From assembly GCA_026989055.1 (NCBI GenBank), contig JALSKC010000003.1:16828-80827 (forward strand): a stretch of 64,000 nt of DNA, read 5' to 3'. Below are positions 26,738-37,076 of the stretch, in pieces (positions within the stretch are counted from its first letter, which is position 1; the number at the start of each line of letters is the position of its first letter). Both the position numbers and the translations under genes were made by a program. Under the pieces are notes generated by a model that was not told the origin of the DNA, made no database searches, and was given only the letters and a program-made list of their open reading frames with translations. The DNA comes from Paracoccaceae bacterium. Lineage in GTDB: Bacteria > Pseudomonadota > Alphaproteobacteria > Rhodobacterales > Rhodobacteraceae.

Positions 26738-28684
26738 TCAGCGCCCGGCAAGCTCCTGCTCCAGGCGCAGGGGAAGCGGCCGGCCGGCCAGCCGGGCCCT
26801 GTAGACATCGAGGGATTCCATCACCCGCATCACGTAGTTCCGGGTTTCCCGGAAGGGGATCGCCTCGATCCAGTCCACGGCCGTCTCGACCGAACCCCGC
26901 GGATCCCCGGCGGCGGAAGTCCACTGCGCGACCCGCCGCGGCCCGGCATTGTAGGCTACGGCAACGAAGGGCATGTAGCCGCCGAAGTCTTCCTGCAGTT
27001 CCTTCAGGTGCAATGCGCCCAGGCGCAGGTTGTAGGACGGTTCGGCGAGCAGGGCGGCCTCGCGGTAGGGAAGCCCGTTGCGCCTGGCAACCTCGCGCGC
27101 GGTGGCCGGCATCAGCTGCATCAGCCCGCGCGCCCCGACCCGGCTGACCGCCTGCGGGTAAAACGCGCTTTCCCGGCGGATGACCGACAGCACCAGCTCC
27201 GGCGGTGCCGGCAGATCGGCGGGAAGGCGCGCGACAAGCGGGAAATAGGCCGGCATGATCACCTGCCCCCGGAGCGCTGCATATTTCCCCAGGGCCAGCG
27301 CCGCATGCGGCTGTTCCAGTTCGAGCGCCAGCCGGGCGAGCGCACCCCGCCGTTCGGCATCGAGGCTCTCGGCCAGGTGCCGCACGAAACGCCGGAACAG
27401 GAGCGGCCGGTCGGCGCGGTGCAGCAGCAGGGCGGCCGCCAGGACCGAACTTTCGGTTCCGGCCAGGAGCGCGACATCGGGCAGGCCGGAGCGCCCGGCC
27501 AGTTCCGGGTCCATCGGCAGGCCGATCTTCAGTGCCGCAAGCTGGCCGTAAAAGGCGGTCTGGAACCGCCCCGCGAAGGCATAGGCCCGGCCCGCCTCTT
27601 CGGTGCGCTCCAGCGCCTCCAGGGCACGCCCCTCCCAGTATCCGGCCCGCGCCAGGCTGATCGGCGAAGAGACCCCGGCGCGAAAACGCCGGAAATGTTC
27701 GAGCGCGAGCGCCGGCCGGTCCAGCTTGCGCAGGGCGATATAGCCGGCGAGCCATTCCAGATCGCCGAAATCCGCCCCTGCGCGCAGGAAATGCCGCGCG
27801 GCGATCCGGTAGGCCAGTTCCGGCTTTCCGCGCCGCATCATTTCCCGCGCCAGCGCGCGGCGTCGGCTGCTCCAGCGTTCCGGCCGCCCCAGGGCCCGCG
27901 CCGAGACCGAACGTTTCAGCAGCAGGTCGATGGCTGCCTCCTTCCGGCCTTTCCCGAGCCGCCAGACAAAGCGGGCGTGGGCCAGACCCGGGTCGTCGGC
28001 CAGGGCCGCCGGCACCGCGTCGATCAGCGCATCGACGCCGTTTTCGCGCCCCGACAGGAGCGCGATCCGGGCTTCCGCAAGGCGGGCGTAGGCCGTGCCC
28101 ACCAGCGGGTTCAGCCGGCGTGCCTGCTCCGTCAGCCCACGCCAGAGGAGCATGTCCTGACGCGCCCGGTGGTGGTTGAGCAGCGCCTCCGGAAACCGCG
28201 CAAGCAGGGCCTCTTCCTCCTCCGGTTCCAGCGCCAGGCCGCGCCAGGCATCCACCGCGACCCGTGCCGCATCTTCTCTGCGCCCCAGTTTCAGCAGCGC
28301 CCCGGCAAGCCGCAGCGCGCCGTCACCCGTGCGCGGGGGCTGAGACGCGAAATAGGCGACGACCTGCTCCGGCGGCGCCGCTTCCGGGATTGCGGCCTCG
28401 CCCTTTTCGCGCAGCAGCGGCAGGCCCGGCCAGTCCGTCCGGCGCGCGAGGAAATCCGCATATTCGTCGAAGCTGCCCATGCCCGCCCGCAGCCGGTGCC
28501 ACTGGACGATATCGCGCCCGAGCGCCCCGGCCGAAGCGGATTCGGCGCGCGCCCCCTGCCAATCGCCCTGCTCGGCCGCCTGCAGGGCCCGCGCCAGCGC
28601 CGCCGCCTCGTGATCGCGCGCAGCAGTTGCCGGAAACGCGGAAAATGCCAGCAGGGCGAGCCCTGCGAGAACTGCTCTTGCCAT
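26738..28684 (-). CDS. slt: soluble lytic murein transglycosylase (Slt70-like)
   Basis: Signal peptide, long superhelical N-domain, and C-terminal SLT domain VIRRESAFYPQAVSRVGARGLMQLMP...AYNAGP. Start set at MARAVLAG (28684). Confidence 0.88.
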   Translation of the reverse strand: MARAVLAGLALLAFSAFPATAARDHEAAALARALQAAEQGDWQGARAESASAGALGRDIVQWHRLRAGMGSFDEYADFLARRTDWPGLPLLREKGEAAIPEAAPPEQVVAYFASQPPRTGDGALRLAGALLKLGRREDAARVAVDAWRGLALEPEEEEALLARFPEALLNHHRARQDMLLWRGLTEQARRLNPLVGTAYARLAEARIALLSGRENGVDALIDAVPAALADDPGLAHARFVWRLGKGRKEAAIDLLLKRSVSARALGRPERWSSRRRALAREMMRRGKPELAYRIAARHFLRAGADFGDLEWLAGYIALRKLDRPALALEHFRRFRAGVSSPISLARAGYWEGRALEALERTEEAGRAYAFAGRFQTAFYGQLAALKIGLPMDPELAGRSGLPDVALLAGTESSVLAAALLLHRADRPLLFRRFVRHLAESLDAERRGALARLALELEQPHAALALGKYAALRGQVIMPAYFPLVARLPADLPAPPELVLSVIRRESAFYPQAVSRVGARGLMQLMPATAREVARRNGLPYREAALLAEPSYNLRLGALHLKELQEDFGGYMPFVAVAYNAGPRRVAQWTSAAGDPRGSVETAVDWIEAIPFRETRNYVMRVMESLDVYRARLAGRPLPLRLEQELAGR

Positions 28685-28832
28685 CGGCGCCCTTCTTGTC
28701 CATTGCCCCCTTGTGCGGGGGATTCCCCGGTCAGCGTAGCCGCTGCGCCTTCCCGCGCAATACACAAACTTGGCAAGCCCCCGGAACACGGCTAGTTTCC
28801 GCCGCGCACGGCGGGTGACTCGGCGCCGCGCC

Positions 28833-28872
28833 GCAGATACGGACACCCGACAGCAGATACGGACACCCGACA
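28833..28872. repeat. perfect tandem duplication, 2 x 20 bp (GCAGATACGGACACCCGACA)
   Basis: Read directly in the slt/dapA divergent region, 18 nt upstream of the dapA ATG. Confidence 0.95.
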
Positions 28873-28889
28873 ACACAGGAGAGCGCACC

Positions 28890-29765
28890 ATGATCAGCGG
28901 ATCCCTTCCGGCCCTTGTCACGCCGTTCAGGAACGGTGCGCTGGATCTCGACACGCTCCGGCAGCTGGTCGAATGGCAGATCGAACAGGGCAGCAACGGG
29001 CTGGTCCCGGTGGGCACCACCGGCGAAAGCCCGACGCTCAGCCACGAGGAGCATGAAACCGTCATCGAGGAGGTGGTGAAGGCCGCGGCCGGGCGGGTGC
29101 CGGTGATCGCCGGGGCGGGATCGAACAACACCGCCGAGGGCATCCGGCTGATCCGCCACGCCGCAGCCGTGGGCGCAGATGCAGCGCTGGTGGTCACGCC
29201 CTATTACAACAAGCCCACCCAGGCCGGGCTGATCGCCCATTTCACGGCCCTGCACGATGCCGCCGACATCCCGATCATCATCTACAACATCCCCGGCCGC
29301 TCGGTGGTGGACATGAGCCCGGAAACCATGGGCGAACTGGCCAAGCTGCCGCGCATGATCGGGGTGAAGGACGCCACCGGAGACCTTGCCCGCGTCAGCC
29401 TGCAGCGCATGACCTGCGGCAGGGACTTCATCCAGCTTTCCGGCGAGGACGCCACGGCGCTGGGCTTCAATGCCCAGGGCGGAAGAGGCTGCATTTCGGT
29501 AACGGCCAACGTGGCCCCGAAGCTGTGCGCCGAGTTCCAGGCCGCCACCCTGGCCGGCGACTACGCCAAGGCGCTGGACTATCAGGACCGGCTGATGCCG
29601 CTTCACCGGGCGATCTTCCTCGAACCCGGCGTTGCGGGGGCCAAATACGCCCTGTCACTGCTGGGCAGGTGCTCGGATGAGGTCCGTCTGCCCCTCGTCG
29701 GGCCGAGCGAGGCCACCAGGGCCGAGATCCGCGCCGCGATGGAACACGCGGGGCTGCTGGAATAG
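28890..29765 (+). CDS. dapA: 4-hydroxy-tetrahydrodipicolinate synthase
   Basis: [21 protein letters not shown] and [10 protein letters not shown]-like (IGVKDATGD) motifs. GGAGAG RBS. Confidence 0.93.
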   Translation: MISGSLPALVTPFRNGALDLDTLRQLVEWQIEQGSNGLVPVGTTGESPTLSHEEHETVIEEVVKAAAGRVPVIAGAGSNNTAEGIRLIRHAAAVGADAALVVTPYYNKPTQAGLIAHFTALHDAADIPIIIYNIPGRSVVDMSPETMGELAKLPRMIGVKDATGDLARVSLQRMTCGRDFIQLSGEDATALGFNAQGGRGCISVTANVAPKLCAEFQAATLAGDYAKALDYQDRLMPLHRAIFLEPGVAGAKYALSLLGRCSDEVRLPLVGPSEATRAEIRAAMEHAGLLE

Positions 29766-29924
29766 AACCGGCGCCTGCCCACCGGGGCCGCGCCGGGCCG
29801 GCGCTGTCGCGGCCCGGCATGGTGGCACGGGGGTGGCGGTGAAGTCGAGGCGGGCCCGGACCTCCGCCCGCGCCGCGCGGCATCCACTGGACAGCAGCAC
29901 GGCAAGGGCCTATCTGCTCGTCCC

Positions 29925-30404
29925 ATGGCCGCGAAGAAGAAGGAAAACCCCAATTACAAGGTGATCGCCGAGAACCGGCGGGCGCGGTATGATCATGCGA
30001 TCGAGGACGACCTTGAATGCGGCATCGTCCTGCTGGGCTCGGAGGTGAAATCCCTGCGCCAGGGGCAGGCCAACATCGCCGAAAGCTATGCCGCCGTGGA
30101 AGATGGGGAGCTGTGGCTGATCAACAGCTACATCGCCCCCTACGAACAGGCCAGGACATGGGGCCACGAAGAACGCCGCAAGCGCAAGCTGCTGGTTTCG
30201 AGGAAGGAGCTGGCCCGGCTGTGGGATGCCACGCGGCGCAAGGGCATGACGCTGGTGCCGCTGGTGCTCTACTTCAACCACAAGGGCCTGGCCAAGCTGA
30301 AGATCGGCATCGCGAAGGGCAAGAAGAAACAGGACAAGCGCGCCACCGAAGCCAGACGCGACTGGCAGCGCCAGAAGGCACGGCTTCTGCGTCGGGACAT
30401 GTGA
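29925..30404 (+). CDS. smpB: SsrA-binding protein
   Basis: 159 aa: [29 protein letters not shown]; SmpB family. Confidence 0.93.
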   Translation: MAAKKKENPNYKVIAENRRARYDHAIEDDLECGIVLLGSEVKSLRQGQANIAESYAAVEDGELWLINSYIAPYEQARTWGHEERRKRKLLVSRKELARLWDATRRKGMTLVPLVLYFNHKGLAKLKIGIAKGKKKQDKRATEARRDWQRQKARLLRRDM

Positions 30405-30535
30405 GCCCTGCGAGCGCCTGCCGGCAGCGCCGCTGCGGCAGAAGCGCCGGAAGCGGAACCGGTTTCGGCCTCCGCGCCCTTGAAAGGGCCGCGCTGCGCG
30501 TTTAGGCAGACAGCGACCGACCCGGGGGAGGACCG

Positions 30536-31393
30536 ATGCCTGAAAGCGACCCGAAGACGCTTGTCACCACCGACTGGCTCGCCGCCCACCTGAAGGATCC
30601 GGACCTGCGTCTTTTCGATGCCTCGTGGCACATGCCGGACTCGGGGCGCGATGCGCGGGCCGAATACGCGGCCGCGCACATCCCCGGCGCGCGTTTCTTC
30701 GACATCGACGAGATCGCCGACCTGCGCAGCGCGCTTCCCCACACCGCGCCGCCGGCAGAAAAATTCGCCAGCCGGATGCGCGCCCTGGGTGTGGGAGACG
30801 GCCATCAGGTGGTTGTCTATGACAGCGCCGGCATCTTTTCCGCCCCGCGGGTGTGGTGGCTGTTCCGGCTGATGGGCAAGACGGACGTGGCGGTGCTCGA
30901 CGGCGGGCTGCCCAAGTGGCAGGCCGAAGGGCGCGAAACCGAGGACATGCCCCCGGTGCTGCGCGAGCGCCACATCACGGTGCAGAGGCAGGCCGGGCTG
31001 ATCAAGGATGTCACCCAGGTGGCCGCAGCCTCCAAGCTGGGCGACCACGAGATCCTCGACGCCCGCAGCCCGGCCCGCTTCCGTGGCGAGGAACCGGAGC
31101 CGCGCGCGGGGCTGCGCGCGGGGCATATCCCGGGCTCGAAGAACCTCCATTTCCGCACCCTGCTCAACGAAGACGGCACCATGAAGGCCCCCGACGAGCT
31201 GCGCGCGGTGTTCGAGGCGGCGGGGGTCGATCTGAAAAAGCCGGTGATCAGCAGCTGCGGCTCGGGCGTGACCGCCTGCATCATCGACCTGGCGCTGGAA
31301 CGTATCGGCCACCGTCGCCACGCCGTCTATGACGGTTCGTGGTCGGAATGGGGCATGTATGACGACCTTGCGGTCGCAACCGGAGACGACTGA
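30536..31393 (+). CDS. sseA: 3-mercaptopyruvate/thiosulfate sulfurtransferase (tandem rhodanese)
   Basis: Two rhodanese domains with the active-site loop SCGSGVTAC. Confidence 0.88.
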   Translation: MPESDPKTLVTTDWLAAHLKDPDLRLFDASWHMPDSGRDARAEYAAAHIPGARFFDIDEIADLRSALPHTAPPAEKFASRMRALGVGDGHQVVVYDSAGIFSAPRVWWLFRLMGKTDVAVLDGGLPKWQAEGRETEDMPPVLRERHITVQRQAGLIKDVTQVAAASKLGDHEILDARSPARFRGEEPEPRAGLRAGHIPGSKNLHFRTLLNEDGTMKAPDELRAVFEAAGVDLKKPVISSCGSGVTACIIDLALERIGHRRHAVYDGSWSEWGMYDDLAVATGDD

Positions 31394-32577
31394 TGCTGAA
31401 CGACCTGAACCCGCAGCCCGCCGACAAGATCCTGGAACTGATGCAGATGTTCCGCGACGACCCGCGGGCGGGCAAGATCGACCTCGGGGTCGGCGTCTAT
31501 CGCAATGCCGCAGGGATCACCCCGGTGATGCGCGCCGTCAAGGCCGCCGAAAAGCGGCTGTGGGAAGAGCAGCAGACCAAGGCCTATACCGGGCTGGCGG
31601 GAGATCCGGCCTATGCGGAAACGCTTTCAGCACTGATCCTGGGCGATGCGCGCGACGAAAGCCGGCTGGCGGCCATCGCCACGCCGGGCGGCACCGGCGC
31701 AATCCGCCAGGCGCTGGAACTGATCCGTATCGCCAGCCCCGGGGCCACCGTGTGGCTCTCGGCCCCGACCTGGCCGAACCATCCCTCGATCATCAGGTTT
31801 CTCAAGATGAACCTGGCCGAATATCGCTATTTCGACGACGCCACGCGCGATGTCGATTTCGCCGGCATGATGGATGACCTGGCCCGCGTGAAGGCCGGCG
31901 ACGTGGTGCTGCTGCACGGCTGCTGCCACAACCCCACCGGCGCCAACCTGACGCCGGATCAGTGGGAGGAGGTGGTCGCGCTGCTGGAAAGAACCGGCGC
32001 GATTCCCTTCATCGACATCGCCTACCAGGGCTTCGGCGACGGGCTGGACGAAGACGCCGCCGCCACCCGGCTGGTCGCCTCGCGCCTGCCCGAAGTCCTG
32101 ATCGCGGCCAGCTGCTCGAAGAATTTCGGCATCTACCGCGAACGCGCCGGGCTGCTGATGGCCATTGCCCCCGACAGCACGACCCGGCCCGTCACCCAGG
32201 GCACCCTGAACTTCCTGAACCGGCAGAACTACTCCTTCCCGCCGGACCACGGGGCGCGGGTGGTGTCGATGATCCTCGACGATGACGCCCTGCGCGCCGA
32301 CTGGCAGGCGGAACTGGAAGAAATGCGCCAGGGCATGCTGGACCTGCGCGAACAGCTGGCCGCCGAATTGCGCCAGCGCACCAACTCGGAGCGCTTCGAC
32401 TTCATCGCCCGCCACCGCGGCATGTTCTCGCGCATCGGCGCAAGCCCCGAACAGGTGCGCCACATGCGCGAGAAGCACGGCATCTACATGGTAGGCGACA
32501 GCCGGATCAACATCGCCGGGCTGAACGCGGAAACGGTGCCGCTGCTGGCCGAGGCGATCATGGACGCCGGCGTCTGA
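31393..32577 (+). CDS. tyrB: aromatic/aspartate aminotransferase (class Ia)
   Basis: IDLGVGVY, LLHGCCHNPTG, and SCSKNFGIYRERAG (PLP lysine). Confidence 0.88.
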   Translation: MLNDLNPQPADKILELMQMFRDDPRAGKIDLGVGVYRNAAGITPVMRAVKAAEKRLWEEQQTKAYTGLAGDPAYAETLSALILGDARDESRLAAIATPGGTGAIRQALELIRIASPGATVWLSAPTWPNHPSIIRFLKMNLAEYRYFDDATRDVDFAGMMDDLARVKAGDVVLLHGCCHNPTGANLTPDQWEEVVALLERTGAIPFIDIAYQGFGDGLDEDAAATRLVASRLPEVLIAASCSKNFGIYRERAGLLMAIAPDSTTRPVTQGTLNFLNRQNYSFPPDHGARVVSMILDDDALRADWQAELEEMRQGMLDLREQLAAELRQRTNSERFDFIARHRGMFSRIGASPEQVRHMREKHGIYMVGDSRINIAGLNAETVPLLAEAIMDAGV

Positions 32578-32764
32578 GTTCCGCACCGGTCTGCTGCCGC
32601 GGCACGGCCGGAGCAGGGACATTCCCGCCGCAGGGCGCCCCGCAGGGGCTGCAGGGGCTGTTCTCCCGAGGCCGTTCCCCGACCCATCGCACGGCACCGG
32701 CTCCGCCGGCGGTTCCCCCGCACGGCCCGGCCGCTCCCCCGCACGGCCCAGCCCGGACGGAAAG

Positions 32765-32786
32765 GCCCGGGCGCGAACGCCCGGGC
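32765..32786 (-). terminator. GC-rich hairpin GCCCGGGCG-CGAA-CGCCCGGGC downstream of amtB
   Basis: Perfect 9-bp stem with a 4-nt loop, 37 nt after the amtB stop. The U-tract is weak (CUUUCC). Confidence 0.45.
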
Positions 32787-32822
32787 TTCGGCATGAGGAT
32801 CGGGGCTCCTCGTCCGCCGTTG

Positions 32823-34145
32823 TCAGCCGTTCTGGAACTCGGGATAGGCTTCCATGCCGAGTTCCGACATGTCGAGCCCGTTGACTTCGGCCTCCTCGTC
32901 AACCCGGATGCCCATCACCGCCCTGAGCAGCAGCCAGAGCGCGCCCGAGGTCACGATCACGAAGATGCCCACGACCACGATGCCCGTCAGCTGCGGCGTC
33001 AGCCTGGCGTCGGGGTTGGTGAAGACCACCGCGATCGTGCCCCAGATGCCGGCGAACAGATGCACCGGGATGGCGCCGACCACGTCGTCGATCTTGAACC
33101 TGTCGAGCAGCGGCACCGCAAAGACCACGATCACCCCGCCGATGGCCCCGATCAGGCTGGCGGCGCCCAGAGAGGGGGTCAGCGGCTCGGCGGTGATCGA
33201 GACCAGACCGGCCAGCGCGCCGTTCAGGACCATCGTCAGGTCGGGCTTCCTGTAGAGCAGCTGCGTCAGCACCAGCGCCGCGATGGCTCCGCCGGCCGCG
33301 GCGGTGTTGGTGTTGGCCAGGATCCGGCTTATGTCGGCCACGTTGCCGGCGGTATCCATGTAGAGCTGGGAGCCGCCGTTGAAGCCGAACCAGCCCATCC
33401 ACAGGATGAAGGTGCCCAGCGTCGCCAGGGTCAGGTTCGAGCCCGGGATCGGGTTGACCTTGCCGCCCTTGTACTTGCCGATGCGCGGCCCGAGGATGAT
33501 CGCGCCGGTCAGCGCCGCCCAGCCGCCGACCGAATGCACCACCGTGGAGCCGGCGAAATCGAGGAAGCCCATCCGGTCGAGGAAACCGCCGCCCCATTTC
33601 CAGCTGGCCTGGATCGGGTAGATCAGGCCTACCAGCACGATCACGAAGATCAGGAACGGCCAGAGCCTGATCCGTTCTGCCAGCGCACCCGAAACGATCG
33701 AAGCGGTGGCGGCCGCGAACATCAGCTGAAAGAAGAAATCGGAACCGTCCGAGGCGTAGGTCAGGTCCGGGGTCTCGCCGGCCAGCCCGACCGCTTCGAG
33801 CTTGGCGGTCGAAAACGCCCCGATGATGCCGTCAACCATCCAGCCGTCGCCCGGATACATAAGCTGGTAGCCGATGGCGTAGTAGAGCAGCGTGGCCAGG
33901 CCGAACAGGCCCATGTTCTTCATCAGCTGCATGGTCACGTTCTTCGAGCGCACCAGCCCGGCTTCCAGCATGGCAAAGCCCGCCGCCATCCAGAACACCA
34001 GAACACCGGTGACGATGAACATGAAGGTGGTCAGGATGAAGCCGATTTCCTCCATCGGAGGCGTGTTGTCGGCTTCCTGTGCGAACCCCAGCGCCGGCAT
34101 GCAGGCCAGCGCGGCGGTTGCGCTGATCGGTTTCAGCAGTTTCAT
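32823..34145 (-). CDS. amtB: ammonium transporter
   Basis: 440 aa Amt family (DFAGSTVVHSVGGWAAL, GFNGGS, VHLFAGIWGT), downstream of glnK. Confidence 0.93.
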   Translation of the reverse strand: MKLLKPISATAALACMPALGFAQEADNTPPMEEIGFILTTFMFIVTGVLVFWMAAGFAMLEAGLVRSKNVTMQLMKNMGLFGLATLLYYAIGYQLMYPGDGWMVDGIIGAFSTAKLEAVGLAGETPDLTYASDGSDFFFQLMFAAATASIVSGALAERIRLWPFLIFVIVLVGLIYPIQASWKWGGGFLDRMGFLDFAGSTVVHSVGGWAALTGAIILGPRIGKYKGGKVNPIPGSNLTLATLGTFILWMGWFGFNGGSQLYMDTAGNVADISRILANTNTAAAGGAIAALVLTQLLYRKPDLTMVLNGALAGLVSITAEPLTPSLGAASLIGAIGGVIVVFAVPLLDRFKIDDVVGAIPVHLFAGIWGTIAVVFTNPDARLTPQLTGIVVVGIFVIVTSGALWLLLRAVMGIRVDEEAEVNGLDMSELGMEAYPEFQNG

Positions 34146-34175
34146 CTGTCGTCCTCTCGTTTCTTCCTGCCGCGC

Positions 34176-34514
34176 TCAGAGCGCGTTCTCGTCCGTTTCC
34201 CCGGTGCGGACCCGCAGCGCGCTTTCCACATCCAGCACGAAAATCTTTCCGTCTCCGATCTTGCCGGTGCGGGCGGTCTTGGCGATGGTATCGACCACCT
34301 GCTCCGTCTGATCTGCGGAAACCACGATTTCCAGCTTGACCTTGGGGACGAAATTCACCTCGTATTCGGCGCCGCGGTAGATCTCGGTATGCCCCGACTG
34401 GGCACCGAATCCCTTGATGTCGGAGACCATCATGCCGCGCACGCCGATCCCGGTGAGCGCTTCACGGACCTCCTCGAGCTTGAACGGCTTTATCGTTGCG
34501 ATGATCAGTTTCAC
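34176..34514 (-). CDS. glnK: nitrogen regulatory protein P-II
   Basis: 112 aa: (M)KLIIATIKPFKLEEVREAL...GFGAQSGHTEIYRGAEY (T-loop Tyr). GTG start at 34512-34514; the track ORF extension was rejected. Confidence 0.92.
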   Translation of the reverse strand: MKLIIATIKPFKLEEVREALTGIGVRGMMVSDIKGFGAQSGHTEIYRGAEYEVNFVPKVKLEIVVSADQTEQVVDTIAKTARTGKIGDGKIFVLDVESALRVRTGETDENAL

Positions 34515-34664
34515 GTCATGTCCTTCCTGTGAGCACCTGTGCGCAGGATCACCCTGCGGGATGCCTCTTTTCCATTGCAGCAGCGGGCCGTTTCTCAAGC
34601 GGCCCCCCCCTGTTTTGGCGTGACAATCCGTCCTGAAACCGAAGGCTCTGGTTTTTTCGGCGAT

Positions 34665-34686
34665 ATTTTGTGCACTCGCACAAAAT
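34665..34686. promoter_or_regulatory. 22-bp palindrome ATTTTGTGC-ACTC-GCACAAAAT in an AT-rich island upstream of glnK-amtB (candidate NtrC-type site)
   Basis: Perfect 9-bp arms read directly, about 150 nt upstream of the glnK start. It contains TGCAC/GCACA elements reminiscent of NtrC half-sites. Confidence 0.35.
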
Positions 34687-34798
34687 TTATGCACGAGAGG
34701 GATTTTCCGAAATTCGGCTTGCACCCCTTGATTCCCTGCGCCAGTGACTGTCGCCAAAAGCGGGAACAGGCAACAACAGAGCAGATGCTGGAACCCCC

Positions 34799-37018
34799 AT
34801 GAGCGGATCCGGAAACAGGAAGCGCCCGCCTCTGGTCGCCGAAAGGCGCTACCCGAAAGGGAAGGCAAAACCGGCTCGGCCGGGCCTGCAGGCCGCGCGC
34901 CGGCGCAATGCCGGCACGAAGCCGGGCGGGAAAGCGAAGAGAAGGCCCGCCCGCCGCGGCGGGAAGCAGCGACCCTGGCCCGTGCGGCTGTTGCTGGCCG
35001 CGCTGCGCTGGAGCCTGCGGCTGAGCTTCCGGCTGGCCTTGCGCGGCGGTGCCGTCCTGCTGCTGCTGGTCGCGCTGGCAACCGGCTATTTCTACACGAC
35101 CCTGCCGCCGGCCACCGAACTGCTCGATGCCCGCGCCCGCGGCTCGGTGACGCTTCTGGACCGCAACGATCGGGTCTTCGCCTGGCGCGGCGAGCAGTTC
35201 GGCGGGCAGATCACCGCCGATACGGTCTCGCCACATCTGAAGAACGCGATCATCGCCACCGAAGACCGGCGCTTCTACCGCCATATCGGGATCAGCCCGC
35301 GCGGCATCGCCAGCGCGATCCGGATCAACCTTGCCGAAGGGCGCGGACCGCTTTCGGGCAACGGAGGATCGACCATAACCCAGCAGACAGCCAAGCTGCT
35401 GTGCCTGGGGGTGCCCTACGACCCGAAACGCTGGCAGAGCGAGGCCGATTACGAAGCCGATTGCCGGCGGGGCTCGCTGTGGCGCAAGATAAAGGAAGCC
35501 GTCTATGCCCTGGCGATGGAGGCGCGCTATTCCAAGGACGAGATCCTGACGATCTACCTCAACCGTGCCTTCCTGGGAGCCGGCGCCCGCGGCTTCGAGG
35601 CGGCCAGCCAGCGCTATTTCGGGAAATCGTCGAACCAGGTCACGCCGGCCGAGGCGGCAATGCTGGCCGGGCTGCTCAAGGCACCCTCGCGCTATGCACC
35701 GACGCGCAACCTGCAGCGCGCCCGGGACCGTGCGAATCTGATCATCGGCCTGATGGAGGAACAAGGCTACCTGTCAGCCTCCCAGGCTGCAGAAGCCCGT
35801 GCCAACCCGGCGCGGCTTTCGGCTGCGGCGGAAGCGCGCGCCGGCGGCTATTTCGCCGACTGGGTGATGGAAAGCGGCCCCGCCTTTCTGACCCGCAACA
35901 CGACGGAAGACGTGATCATCCGCACCACCTTCGACCAGCGGATCCAGAACGCGGCCGAGGAAGCGCTGCAGAAAGTGCTCGACGAACGGCTGAAGGAAGG
36001 TTCGAAGGTGCAGGCGGCGATCGTGGTGATGTCCGCCGACGGGGCGGTGCGGGCGATGGTGGGCGGGCGGCGGCTCAGGGGCGTCGCCGGACAGTTCAAC
36101 CGCGCCATCCAGGCCCGGCGGCAGACCGGATCGGCCTTCAAGCCCTTCGTCTATGCCACCGCGCTGGAACTGGGCTGGCGCTATGACGATACCATCATCG
36201 ACGAGCCGATCACCATCGAGATCCCCGGCTCGGAGCCCTGGTCGCCGCACAACTACGACAAGACCTTCCGCGGCCCGGTCACGCTGACGGATGCGCTGCG
36301 GCTGTCTCTGAACATTCCCGCGGTGCGCCTCGCCCGGGCCGTCGGCCTGGACAACGTGCGCACGGTGGCCGGCGAGTTCGGCATCCGCAGCGACCTTGCC
36401 GACGGGCCGGCGCTGGCGCTCGGGGTTTCCGAATCGACGCTCCTGGAAATGACCGGCGCCTACGCCGGCATCCTCAACGGCGGCTCCAGCGTAACCCCTT
36501 ACGGGCTGATCGAACTGCGCCTGCAGGGAGAATCCGAACCCCTGATGACCCAGGGCGGCGGAATCGGCGAACGGGTGATCACCCCGGCTTCCGCAGAGCA
36601 GCTGATCTACATGTTGAACCAGGTGGTCGAACGCGGCACCGGCCAGCGCGCCCGCCTGCCCGGTCGGGAAATGGCGGCAAAGACCGGCACCACCCAGGGG
36701 GCGCGGGATGCCTGGTTTCTCGGTTTCACCGCCGATTACGTGGCCGGCGTATGGCTTGGCCATGACGACAACAGCCCCCTTTCCGGCGTGACCGGAGGCG
36801 GCCTGCCGGCCGAGATCTGGCGGGAGACCATGCTGCGCGTGCACGAGGGATTGCCGTCGCGCCCGCTGCCGATGCTGCGCCCGTCCGCTCCGCCGGTGGC
36901 CAGGCCCTACGAGACGGGGCCGGGCACGCCCCCTCCGCCCCCGGAACCGCGCCGGGATCCGGGCGGGCGGTTCATTGACGATTTCCTGAAGGCCCTGTTC
37001 GGCCGCCCGCAGCGCTGA
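34799..37018 (+). CDS. bifunctional penicillin-binding protein 1A family (glycosyltransferase + transpeptidase)
   Basis: GT51 motifs EDRRFYRH, GGSTITQQ and RKIKE. Transpeptidase motifs SAFKP, SLN and KTGTT. Confidence 0.9.
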   Translation: MSGSGNRKRPPLVAERRYPKGKAKPARPGLQAARRRNAGTKPGGKAKRRPARRGGKQRPWPVRLLLAALRWSLRLSFRLALRGGAVLLLLVALATGYFYTTLPPATELLDARARGSVTLLDRNDRVFAWRGEQFGGQITADTVSPHLKNAIIATEDRRFYRHIGISPRGIASAIRINLAEGRGPLSGNGGSTITQQTAKLLCLGVPYDPKRWQSEADYEADCRRGSLWRKIKEAVYALAMEARYSKDEILTIYLNRAFLGAGARGFEAASQRYFGKSSNQVTPAEAAMLAGLLKAPSRYAPTRNLQRARDRANLIIGLMEEQGYLSASQAAEARANPARLSAAAEARAGGYFADWVMESGPAFLTRNTTEDVIIRTTFDQRIQNAAEEALQKVLDERLKEGSKVQAAIVVMSADGAVRAMVGGRRLRGVAGQFNRAIQARRQTGSAFKPFVYATALELGWRYDDTIIDEPITIEIPGSEPWSPHNYDKTFRGPVTLTDALRLSLNIPAVRLARAVGLDNVRTVAGEFGIRSDLADGPALALGVSESTLLEMTGAYAGILNGGSSVTPYGLIELRLQGESEPLMTQGGGIGERVITPASAEQLIYMLNQVVERGTGQRARLPGREMAAKTGTTQGARDAWFLGFTADYVAGVWLGHDDNSPLSGVTGGGLPAEIWRETMLRVHEGLPSRPLPMLRPSAPPVARPYETGPGTPPPPPEPRRDPGGRFIDDFLKALFGRPQR

Positions 37019-37076
37019 ACGGCTGACGCTTGCACCGGCGCCGGACACGGACCGTGATGCGGCGGCCCCCCTGAAC

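Noticed and set aside
32630-32750. Short direct repeats (TCCCCCGCACGGCCC x2 at 32714 and 32735; GCAGGGG repeats) in the tyrB-amtB convergent spacer
   Set aside because: This is low-complexity GC-rich repetition with no ORF, no hairpin beyond the amtB terminator, and no resemblance to known elements. It is most probably slippage noise.
34575-34600. Sigma-54 promoter upstream of glnK (minus-strand CGGCCCGCTGCTGCA)
   Set aside because: The GG-to-GC spacing is 9 nt rather than 10, and the flanking bases do not fit TGGCAC-N5-TTGC, so it is not supportable by eye.
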